The notes below the pieces were generated by a model, which was not told the origin of the DNA, made no database searches, and saw only the letters and a list, made by a program, of their open reading frames with translations. A stretch of 63,007 nucleotides of DNA, the filler included, from Hausera hauseri (taxonomy: Eukaryota), in assembly GCA_046269625.1 (NCBI GenBank). It is 12 parts of 12 records of this genome, joined end to end, with 100 filler letters (N's around TTAATTAATTAA, not from the genome) between each part and the next. Parts side by side here need not be neighbours in the genome. Positions count along the whole stretch, not along the records: positions 21,693 to 26,580 come from JBJURY010402701.1; positions 26,681 to 31,546 come from JBJURY010410366.1; positions 31,647 to 36,849 come from JBJURY010308609.1; 9 more parts are not named here. One strand, given 5' to 3'. Positions 22,513-34,600 of the stretch are shown here, piece by piece (position 1 is the first letter of the stretch; each line of letters begins with the position of its first letter). Both the position numbers and the translations under genes were made by a program.

Positions 22513-25500
22513 TCATGCGTGTGCAGGTTCGTGTCTTATTCCAAACGCCAATGTCCGTACGCCCACCCACTTACGCTTATTATCATTGCATGATAAAGCG
22601 ACTTTTGTATTGATCACCGTATAATGCCGGTGCTCAATTGATCGCATGATCGTTTGTGACACAACAGTCTTTGATTGGCCTTCGTCTTCATAGATACGAC
22701 GATAATCACCGTAATTTATTTCCGTTGGGGCCAACTGAACTCCTTTGGCGCGCATTTCGGTCGACCGTTAGTTAAAAGGCTATAACAATTTGGCCGTAGA
22801 AATACCCATTCCTGATACCGGAGCTGACCTTCACTTTTATCCTTAAAGCAGCGATTTTGTTTGTGACGCGTTGCTGTACAATGGATGATTCGGTGGGTAA
22901 TTGGACGTGTCCAGTAATCCGTCTGCCATCATTTGCAGCAGTAGTTGTTCGCTATTGACTTTTTCCAGTTCCAAGAAAAAACTATGTGTCACCGGCAATT
23001 ATATTGATTCTGCATCCGCCGCTTACGCCAAACATTTACCGGTATCATGCCAAATCGCGATACTGCAGCTTACACATCCGCAACTTGCTCCGATCCAATA
23101 ACACTTGTCCTATATAACTTGGCCGGACCAGTACGAATTCTTTTTTGTTTAAGAGTACGGCAACCAATCCATCAGCAATGTTCATTGATCGCCTGAACTG
23201 CTCCTTGCTCGTGTACGTGACCAACCGCTATGCGCTATTGCATAGGTGTACATTGAGCCGCTTTTTCAGATTCTCTACTGTTTTTCCGTAGAGAGAATTG
23301 TTTTTCAGTTTTTAATAGTTTTTTTCAAACATCGTACAAGCTGCAGCTCGTTTATCCGAATTCCGACTGATATATGCCTTGAATATCGGAGCCTGCGCAA
23401 ATCGGATTGAGCGATGCAGCTGTGTGACGCGTACACCCAACTGTATGTAAAATTGCAACAGACGCCAATGAACTATGTAGTTTTGTTTCGGTTTTTGCGT
23501 CATATGCAGCTTCTTCACCTTCGAGCCCGATGGACATTGGCTGATTGGTGCGACCAGCAGTTCATCCAGAAAGTCATGCAGTTCATCTGGTACCACGAGA
23601 TCGACTTCCATCAGGTACCCGATTGAGCTGTTTTCTGTTGTGTCTGCTCTCGGAGGATTTTCCAGTATTGTGTCCAGGTCCTGTCTGTTGACTATCCACT
23701 CAAATGAACCGCACGGCAAGGGTTGTGGAAGCGCCCAGCCATACAGGTTATTAATATCGATATACAACAGTGATATGGTATCATCACTGGTTACGTGATG
23801 CTTGTTGACAAATGTCATGCCGCTACAAATACCAACATCAAACATTCGGTACATTTCCGGGTCTTGCAATACCTCGATATCCCGATCCAGTGACATCAGA
23901 GCTGATGTCCAACTTATTCCGGGTATTGAGTAAAAGTTTAGTAGCTCCAGTTTATCTTCTGCCAACGCTTTAGCTCGAAATGTCTGAAACACATCAGCTA
24001 ACAGGTACACATCCAATTTCAGATACTAAAGCATGTACTCCAACAGGTTTCTGCAGCCAAGCTATGCCCAAAACGACTCTGCTCTGTGATATTCTTCTTC
24101 TGCGATACCGGACTACTGCGGTGATAATTCGTCTGTCGTCTGAAGCCGCTCGTACGATATCGCAGTCATATGCGAATATGCCTTTGCTATGCGCAATATG
24201 TACAGGGAACTGAGTCATTGTTAGCGGCATATCTGGTAAAGCATTTACCAGCTTCGCTAGAGATTCATTTAGAAATTTCAATAAATCAAGGAAGCATACC
24301 TGCAAACAGTTTGTACGTACAGATAGTGACAGGTATTTCTCCATCGTAGTCGGAATTATGGATAGTTCCCAGTGAGGAAATCCACTTATTGCCGTTTCAA
24401 AATATGGTGACAATCATAACCCCTGAAGTTATAAAATACCATAGATAGAAATGGTCGCACACACCTTGCCAAATTGCATGAATTGCATGCAGCTCCCAAG
24501 TATCAACCGGTAAAATGATCGTGATCCGGTACGAACCGTTCCTCTGCAACGAAAGGAAATATTTTGTGGCACGGTGACATTTATCGGTGGTTGCAAACAT
24601 CAACGGTTCATATTTGTCTGTCCACATCAAGGGTTTATTGCTATTTCTACTGTACCAGGATGCGATTCCCGTTTCTACAATTGTTTCCAACTGATGCAAG
24701 AAATCACGGATCCAGTTCAAGCCGTTGAAAACGTAATTCCGCGGTTGACCAGTGGTTTTTATTGGGACCACCAACATACCGACGGCGATTGGAACGTGCT
24801 TATGATAGTATACATTGTGCCGTGGTAGAAAGGCTTCAATATCGGCATATACCACGTATGCCGGACTGTCGGATATTGACCAATCACTGACTCTCAGCTC
24901 CTTTTTGACTGCCATGACGTAAATTATGGTTCCCGAGGAATTTTGTCTGCACAGAGTCACATGTTTCTCCCATGTTGTTTCTGATCTGAATCCGTGCAGA
25001 CATAGGAAACACCATTTACATCTTATACGCTTTTCGATGAAATGGTCATGTTCCATGTTCAACAGTCTGTCTAAATTTGTCACGGCCACGTAATCGAATT
25101 TTTCCTTTTGCTCTAACAGCAACAAATATATTGGACGGCCATTTGGGTTCCGATTACAATAGATTATATCCACATGAGGATTTTTATCAATTTCTTCACC
25201 CGCCGGTATTTTTATTATTGTGTTGTATCGGAACACGTTGATTGCTAGTGTCAGATTACGCCGTTCAAATGTCGAAATGGATTTCAGTTTCATCGGCATC
25301 CAGCATCCATCGTAATTTAATTCGGACAAATATTTCTGACACTGTTTTGGACTATATGCACTTGGTCATATTTCAATACAGCCAGAATACTTTAAAGAAA
25401 ACAGTATTCATCGTTAGAATTTTTTACATTCACTACCGCCAGAGACTGCTTTAGAGCTGCAGGTGTCGTTATGAGTAATTGTCCAGACAAATATATTATG

Positions 25501-26426
25501 TCACACGACTTTCTTATGATAAAGCCGAGAGTCACAATTTTTATAATTCGCCATCCACTACCCCTTTCGATATAGTTGGCGATTTTCTCCTCGAGCTTTT
25601 CGCCTACATCGGCAATAAAATCTTCGGCGTATGGTACAGCTCGATGTGACAGGTACAGTTGTTTCGTGTCACCTTCCAAATTTTCGAATTCTGCAAGTGC
25701 ATAATATTGCACTTTGCAGTGATAGTTGAATTTCTCCAATTCTGATTCAAACCGATTGCGGACATTTTGCGGAACATGTCTCAATTGCGATCTGTTCAGA
25801 TTGTACTTGACTGTAATATTGGGAATATTGGCATCCTGTTGCTCCTGTTCTTGTTGTTGTTTTTCTTGTTGATGCTGTTACTGCTGCTGCTGCTCTGTAG
25901 TGTTTCTGATTAAGTCGTCAAGACTTGTTGAAGCCTGACGTTTCTTACTGGTTGCTGAGGGGATGCTGCTGATGTTGCTCTTAATTGAGTCCATACCTAG
26001 CTGTTTTTCCGACCACGTAAACTTGTTTACGTGGTCGTTGAGCAGATTATAAAATTGTTCATAGTTGATTTTAGCAACTATTAAACAACCGGGGCAAACG
26101 TAGGCCCGTTTATTGTTCAGCGTTTTGATGCCATCATACTGATCCATTGTACTATGACAACCACTAACGTTTTGCACTTTATTATGGCACTAGTGTGGGT
26201 ATGTGGTGCAATGCTCAACGATCATCTTCTTAGACTGCGTAAACCGACCAAGATGATGCTTGTGCACCTCATAAAAGTAGGCGTACGGGCCTTGGAAAGA
26301 AACATCACAAGTTGGACACACATACGTGTCCTTTCCTCCTGCGTTGTAATATTTCTCCATCTGTTGATGGCACTGATCCTCCATAGATATGCTCGAGACG
26401 CAAAACATGTGATATTGCTTACATTT
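22513..26426 (-). mobile_element. Polinton/Maverick family B pPolB, near full length, frameshifted
   Basis: ERGSGW; AVVNVKNSNDEYCF; YADIEA; DVYLLADVF; motif A YIDINNLYGWA; KNNSLYGKTVEN; RAKGV; KVALSCNDNKR; clearly divergent from family A. Confidence 0.92.
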
Positions 26427-26680
26427 CTAAATTTAAACAAATTAACATTTAAAATAGATTAAAATTATAAATAAAAAATTAAAATACATAAATTCGTAAA
26501 ATTCAACATTAAACATAACCCCAATGGTCTGTAAAATTGTCTTACTCTGTTATAAACATTTATTCCCCAGAGTTCTACTANNNNNNNNNNNNNNNNNNNN
26601 NNNNNNNNNNNNNNNNNNNNNNNNTTAATTAATTAANNNNNNNNNNNNNNNNNNNNNNNNNNNNNNNNNNNNNNNNNNNN

Positions 26681-26942
26681 AGTTCCAGACTATCTACTCA
26701 ATAGAGGATATGTGATTAATACACATTCTGCTAATTTACCAGGCGAACACTGGATAGCAATACATCTATCACCAGATAATATTCAAGTGTTTGATCCACT
26801 TGGGATGTATTACCCATCATCATTGGTGACGAAATTAGAACGTATGCGACAACCTGTCACATTCAATGACATACATCAAAATCCATTGACATTTCTATGT
26901 GGAAATTATTGTGTGGACTGGCTTAGACGTCAATGTATATAA
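26681..26942 (+). CDS. Adenain-type (adenoviral-like) cysteine protease of a Polinton, C-terminal part
   Basis: INT....PGEHWIAI (catalytic His), FDPLG (Asp), Q-NPLTFLCGNYC (Gln/Cys); next to pPolB. Confidence 0.88.
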
Positions 26943-27067
26943 AATTGTTATAAACGTTGTTGTTGTGTGAATAAATGTTTTGTTGAAATAATATCCGTCT
27001 TATTTATTGACTTGGAGAAATTTGTGGATAATAATAATAATTAATATATCATAAAGGAGCTATGTAT

Positions 27068-27543
27068 AATGCCAGTGGATAATGTTTAATCCACTACATT
27101 ATGTATTTGCGTAAGTGAATTTTAGTATATTACATGCAATATATGCTATTTTAGACCTACAGTGCATTATTGCACAAACAAGGCTCAATAACCAAATGCT
27201 TATTTGACAAACAATCATCACAAACTGACTTGAGAAGAATATAATACCCAGTTTTGCATAGATTGCCTTATGCGAGATATTGGGAATGTGTAATATAAAT
27301 GAATCCATGTTCTATGTCAAGGATCACGCTGATGGGCGAAAGAAGATATTTAATACTATATTTCCAGAATTACGAATATGTGCATATGAATGTGGCAAAT
27401 TGGTGTCTATACTAAAGAACATTACATGTATTTATCGTGACCATGGTTTACATTGTGCTTATAAAAAGTGTTTATTGTTATGTCAAAGTTATGTTGCGAA
27501 ATGTGTTATAAAATTAGTTGGCCTTATCCTACATAGTAGTTAA
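27068..27543 (+). pseudogene. Cys-rich Polinton accessory ORF (decayed), convergent with pPolB
   Basis: ORF 27280-27543 plus a broken upstream frame; 27462-27545 matches the reverse complement of about 56985-57070 downstream of another pPolB copy. Confidence 0.45.
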
Positions 27544-27659
27544 TTAGATTTACTTGGCCTTATCCTGTATCCCATATTACTTGATCAAGAAGACAACACA
27601 ATATCTTTTAAGATTTATTAATACAAAAAATACAACACGTTATAACAAAGATATTTACA

Positions 27660-30600
27660 TTAATGCAACATGCTCGTGAGATAGCGTGCTTATTCCATCA
27701 CCCAGCATCTGCCTTTTGTCATCCATCCAATCTAGGATCTTCTGTAGTGTTATTGTCTCAATGTTATGAGCCCTAGACCAGATCCTTCGCATCTCTGATA
27801 TAATGAGTCTGCTCATGCAGAACTCTTACATAGTCATTGAAGCCAAGCTTCTTGGCTAAAGTGGCCCTTTAAACCCCTTTAGCCCGCTACTTTGACCACA
27901 TACATCAAGTGCATACATTTGGACCTAAGAGACCCATTCACCTCATCTTTGAATTTCCCAAGGACATTTTTGTTGGTAATTGAATGGTTGGAATGATCCT
28001 TCTGATAGTTATTATATGCTGAGCCAACTTAACAAAGTCCTCATAAATTTCATCTTTATGGATCTGATAGATGAAACTATCAGTATCTATGTACATGTGC
28101 TGTATGGACTTGAATTTTGGGACCATGATGTCATAGTGGAATTTGTATATCAAGGTCTTTGACAGGTCTAGTATTGCAATACCCACGTATATGGGCTTGT
28201 TGAATTGCAAAGATGTTTTCAGTACATGGATGCTGAAAAAGTTCTCCGCATATATGGTGCTGCTGTGGAAATAGGGCTTGGCCATGAGCATCTTCGCCCG
28301 TTTCGACTCAGAGACCAGTTCGATGTTGATCCTGTTACGAATATTCGCCATGATCTTGCCAAAAAAGCTGTTATTATATACTTTGAACTGGTCGCTCTTG
28401 GCATTGGTCCGCAGCTCCGTATTGAGATCTATGTACGGCTGCAGACAGTTGGACTGACTGAAATGCAGGGCCCGATGGATCTTAGTAATGCGGAGTCCAT
28501 TCTTGACCGCCTCCTAGAAATTGATGTAGTGGACTATATACCTCTCCCTACTACCCAGATGGCAGAGCAGCTTTCTATGCTTTCCATGAGGCGGAGGCTT
28601 GCTCTCACGGAGGAAACGCAGCTGTTGATGCCTTGCATGGATGGAAGCCGGATATTCCATATCCACCTCCAGTATGTATCCCGTATCTCCAGTGGGATCC
28701 AGGTCCAATATGAAATATTTTCAGAATTCTCGACCCATTTGAAGTTATCATATAGCAGTGGGGCGCTCATTGCCCATCCATACAAATTGTTGGCATCCAG
28801 GTATGATATATATGAGGGTTCCTTGGATGGATCATAATTTGCCATGTATTTGTTGTTGTCCTCGCTAACCGGTGAATGGCCTGGCATATTCCACCTCTAA
28901 TGCCTCTCTCGATCATAAGGATCATGTCGTAATCCGTGATGATCTGCAGCCTTATGCGGGTATATCTCAGCATAGCTGCCCAACTCATTCCTGGAGCCAT
29001 AAAGAAATAAGCCGGATCCCATGCATGGCTCTTCGTTGTAACATACCTGAAACTCTCAAAGACTTCCATCAGCAGCAGAACGTCCGTCTTGACGTATATA
29101 TCGCTGCATTCCCCTACTGTTCGGCATTGGAATGCATGTCAGACGTTATGAGCATGCTGTTAATCCATATCACTGATATCACAATCAGAGAGGATATTGT
29201 AAAAGTCCTTCTTGGTCGGCAATAACGTCTCATCCAGTGTTTTCCATAAAGTTATGTAGTCATAGGAAAACATGCTTTCCTCTTGACGAGGTCAAAGGTC
29301 ACGGGGAAGAACCGCTTCGCCTCCTTCAGTTCTTCTGCAGGGAGGTTCTTCACTAAACTGTTAAGTGAAGACGACATGAGATGGAAACTGTCTGTGAAGC
29401 GAAACCTGGTTTTCCCAATATGCTTCGTAAAGGTGATGTACTTCTCACTGTTGAGAATCACCTCAATGTTTCCTTCAAAGCTGCCCAGTTCCCAAATAAT
29501 AAAATGGGAATAATAGCAACTGAGATTATGGAATACTACAGGCACATATGTACATGTTTTGCAACGTGTATTGCAGTTGCTGCATGCTGCACCTCGATAT
29601 GTGCTTGTAAAATGGCAATGATCCCTGACTTTATAATTCTCTCCCTAGTGAATGCTTTGGAGTACAAGTAACATGCTGTTGCCTTGCGCCAGTCAACTTG
29701 CTGCTTCGACATGCTCATTGTATCCTTATGCTGCTGCAGCATATCTCCAATCCTGAGCCATATCTTCAAGTCGTTTCATGAAATGAGCTGCTGCACCTGG
29801 ACCTCTGAATAAAAATGGATCACTGTCCAGTCCTTTGGCATACATACAATATGATGAACGTTCATGATATTGATATGCCGTTGGGGTTTAGGACTGCAAC
29901 TCTGAACTGGACGCAGGACGGCTTCAAAGTCACAATAGATAACTATTGGGACCTTGATCTTCTCGAACTCCTTGAATTCAATGTAGTCCTATTTAGGAAA
30001 ATCTGGCCTGATACAATAATTATTGTTGCAGTACATCTTGTCCTCTTTTAGCTTCAATGCAGCCTCATCACCACTGAAATGGGAAAAGCATTGTTTACAT
30101 ATTTCTAGTTGTCCATGATGTTTAGTAATTTGTAATCTGACAAGCCGCTCAAAGTCTGATCCAAGCATGTTTCTTTTCTCCATCGTCTAGTAGAGCAGAC
30201 CTCTATGATCTTCCAATTCAACATCGCATATTTGCGGGGGATAGAATTTGTCCTCCTCATCCAATCCCAAGATATTGATGGACCTGTTGACTTTTACAAA
30301 TTTTTTCACTTCATCTATGGATGGAGGGAACTTCATACACTGGAAGCCATAGTTGTGCTTCACATCCTTATATAGTCAAACTCGTGAATCATGATTTTGA
30401 TCCGTTAGGAGTTTGGATAGAATGGCATAAATGAAACACATGTTCTCGCTATTATGGACATTGACATGCTTTTTTATTAGCGATCTAATCAGGGAGCTGA
30501 ATATATGAACTACCCCGTATGGGAGAGTACTTATGCACATACACAAGCAATCTCTTGATTGCCAGAGTCCATCCGATTTTCTTATCCGGGCTCTCCCCGG

Positions 30601-31508
30601 CTTCACGGATCAGCTTCTCGTGTGCCTCTTGGAGTCATACTGTTATATTGGTGTTTTCCAATATGGGTCTATTTTTGGTCTTGAAGGCCCTATTGGATTC
30701 GTCCAGTTTCATATTCACATTAAGGGCTTTGAGCTCAGCCATGTTGTCCTGAAGAATTCCCTCTGTCTCGTCCTTTGTGTATAAGAGGAAATCTTGGAGG
30801 GTTGCTTGACCAGTTGCATCAATAACTTCAGCGGCATTTTCTCTTTAATGCTGCCACATCAATTGGCCGCTGTCTTTGGCTTTTTGATGGAGTATCTGCT
30901 GCTGCTATGCGTTTTAGTCCTGCATCGGGCCTTTCTGCCAAAGCAGGCTGTACAATTGACTGTGCTGCTGAAGCAGGCTGTACAACTGGCTGCGCTGCCG
31001 AAGCAGTCTGCGCTGCCAAAGCAGGCTGCTGCTCATTAAAGATGACCTTCTTTGACTTTGACTTGAAGTCTGTCAAATTGGCAATATGATCTTCGTAAAA
31101 CTACATGTATTCTCCATAACATACAGTCTCACATCTTGGGCAAATATAATAGAGGATCCTATTGAGTTTGTATCCATAATAGCTCCTCATAGTATTATGT
31201 CAGTTCTGAGGGCTGTGTATTGCACATGTGAATACACGTATGAACTGCATCTTTGATTTTGCTTAGGCATGGAAGTCATTATTGGCATAGTGGTATTGAA
31301 TATGTTTTTTCGACTTGGTAAAGGAAATCAGGTGTTGTTTATTGGCATTGTAAAAGTCTTCATATTTGGTCTGGCACACTACCTTACATGTAGGTAATAA
31401 ATAATTCTCAGCCCTGTTATATAGATGGCTGAAGTATTTCTGCATATTGTTGTGACAATTTTCAGGCTCGTGGATTTGAGCCAAGCACTGTTTGTATAGA
31501 TTGCACAT
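27660..31508 (-). mobile_element. Polinton family A pPolB, near full length, frameshifted
   Basis: N-terminal Cys/His modules; FHNLS.Y.SHF; ERGIRGGICQ; YLDANNLYGWAMS; GYILEVDMEYP; NIRNRINIELV; KPIYVGIAILDLSK; motif C YIDTDS. Confidence 0.95.
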
Positions 31509-31646
31509 CTAAAAATCAGCTAATTATTTGAGGAGCACAAATAAAANNNNNNNNNNNNNNNNNNNNNNNNNNNNNNNNNNNNNNNNNNNNTTAATTAATT
31601 AANNNNNNNNNNNNNNNNNNNNNNNNNNNNNNNNNNNNNNNNNNNN

Positions 31647-34600
31647 AGTTAACTCACCCCAACATATAGCTTCTGTCATGTTAAACGTTCAAAGATATCT
31701 AATAGGAGGAACAAAATTGGTGAGTATGATATCGTATGAAGTAACCAAAAAAGTTTCGTCAAACTCTTCACTCGATTAACAGTCATTTGAAGAATTAAAC
31801 CACCAAAAAGTGAAACCTAGTTACAATTATTTTAGTTTAATACAAGTGGTAACAGAATACCAAAAGGGAAGAGTACATCACTACTGTTCCTATCATATAA
31901 AAAATAAGAGTATCATGTCCAAATTGATATAATGATAGGAAAAATATCGAAATTGAAAATCAATTCCTTCCAAGGAAACAAAAATATTATTGCCCTAAAG
32001 AAATACTATGGAAAGTCTATGCTAATATGAGGGGATGGAAAGAATTACCTAAATCCGTAAAAGACGCTATAGGTGGATTGAATAAAAATGGAAGTGAGGA
32101 TAAACCATAAAAAACCCGATGGTTACTTGAGTCAGATTTAATAGAAATAGTACAAGAGGATATTAAAATGACGCCAATGACGACAACATCTGAAACCAAT
32201 ACCATTGCAAGCATAATAGACTCCATAGGGAAATACGATTACGCGATAACTAACCAGGTAATTCCTTATTTTAGGATAATAAATGCTCTAAGAACACAAC
32301 AAAGCAGTCTCCCGTCGGCCCGAGAGGAACTGGACCGAGTAATGCACAGGTTGGTGTATCAGCCATTACATGAAACTATCATCAATTCGCAGAAAATATG
32401 CCCCCAGGATCAAGATGTTTTGAACACCATAAAAAAGTTACGTCTTATAGCAAATAATACGGAACAGTGGTTAAACTACATGGAATCTAAAGATGACCAA
32501 TCTACTAAAATACTTCACGATGACCCACTTACTATCATACTTTGTATATTTGTAGAGACCCTACATGAATGGGACAGAAACATTATTAATTGCTTACTGC
32601 TAGAAGGTAACATAGCTCAATTATCCAACGAGAAACAAAAAGACTTCATGAAATTATATACAATCCTATATGAATCATAGTTCGATCGGCTAAAACAGAA
32701 AATTGAAATAAACCTTAAAGAATCGGACTATAGATAGCATCCTATATACTTCTTATAAAATTTCAGCCAATAAATTATTATCCTACACACTGAATGATTT
32801 TCAAACCAAGGTGTACTAGGAAGGATTTCATTTACTTCAACAAATTTTAATGGAAATATCCCTACAACCCATATGGTTACAACCTACCAATATCATGATA
32901 GGAACTTGGAATGATATCATGGGAACACCAATCCACAAATCTATATGTCTAAAACATGAATCACTGTTAAAAACTCGACTGGAGACCCATTCGGTATTAC
33001 AAATAATACGTTGCCTTCGGTCATTCGGCCCATTAATAGAAAAATACCCACTAACCCACGAAGAAAACATAATATGTGGAGACAAAACTCAATATCAACC
33101 TTTATTCGTTGGAGGCCGTAGAAAACGTATTTTGATTACTCGCTTCTTACGAGGAATACCATTACTATTTTTAGCAGTGGACGTAATTAATCTCCTCCAA
33201 AGAATTTTCCCGGACCTAATAGCAAATAAACCACCAAAAAGAATTGCCAAACTGGCCAATAGATGTCTTGGATTATTTAAGAGTTACTGAAAAGAGCTAA
33301 TAAATAAAGTCCACACATGCTCCTTTATGATCAATTGTTGGATGACATATACACTAACGGCAATAAAAGATAAACTTCCTCATGAACAAATAATTACTTA
33401 TGAAGAAGAAAACGCACGAATATTATGGAATAATTATCTGAATCGGGATGTAAATACACCGATAACCCCGTTGGACTACAAAGATATAAATAATTTCGAT
33501 ATGATGAATCCAAGTGGGTTTTCAGGTAGATTAAATGCAGTACGATACCATCTAATATTTTGTGAGTTAGATGATAACGACGAAATAGCTAAACCATTTA
33601 AAGAAAAACGGGAAAGATTAATAAGTAATCATCGATTAAAATTAGATAAAGAAAAGAAAGAAATAACAAATATGATGAAGAATTTACGACGAATTAACGC
33701 CTTTGAGAAACGTATCATGCGTATCTACTACAATAGAAAATCATCTAAAATGGATGAATGTGAAGATACATCGCATAGTAGCGATGACCACCATGAGAAG
33801 AAAGGAGATATTAATATTAAATCACCAACAATAGTTAAGATACAACACAAAACATTTCAATCCAATGCCAATTACGACAAAACCGTGGTCAACAACAACA
33901 TCAATCCAGATGAACCAATACCTAATAAGATAACGGAAAAAATAGTACAGAATGAAGTTGCTGACTCCCAACAAGTAACAGAAGAAAATCAATCTGGAAT
34001 AATTAGTAACGGGTTTACCTACTGAACATTAATACTGCTCATTATACCATTCATATTATTCGGAACAGCTGAAGCTCCTCCTACGACGGTAAATACCACA
34101 CGGGAAATGTCACCAGTTTGGTTATCATTATTAATTCTAGTCAATTTAATGTTTCTCATTAAGAAGTCTGAACAATCAAATAATGACGAGAACAAGGAGA
34201 TTACTCCAACTGAAGGACACACCATAATGGAAAAAGTTCCAACCATTAAACCAAAATATACGAAACGTCAAATATTAGCAAGGATGAACGAAATATCGAT
34301 TAATAAATCTTTATTACCCAATGGCGATAAGAAAGATATCGATTCCACAAGCGAATATTGCTGCAGACGAACAGAATCAAATGAATCCCAAAACCCCGTA
34401 CCGAATCCATACGTATCACTATCTCGACAAGTAGAACGTTATGATAGAAAAAGATTACAAGGAGATAAACGAGAAAATCAAATCTTTATTAGGAATTTTG
34501 ATCAAACACTAGAATGGTCAAAACTAGATAGCCCGTCCAACTAAACCTAGAGACTTATGCGAATGAACCAACGATAAATCGCTATAATATACAATTGATA

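Noticed and set aside
28205-28837. Long antisense ORFs over pPolB and Gypsy genes (also 2140-2739, 7128-7502, 7582-7980, 14442-14789, 35959-36408)
   Set aside because: Shadow frames of real genes on the opposite strand; no motifs
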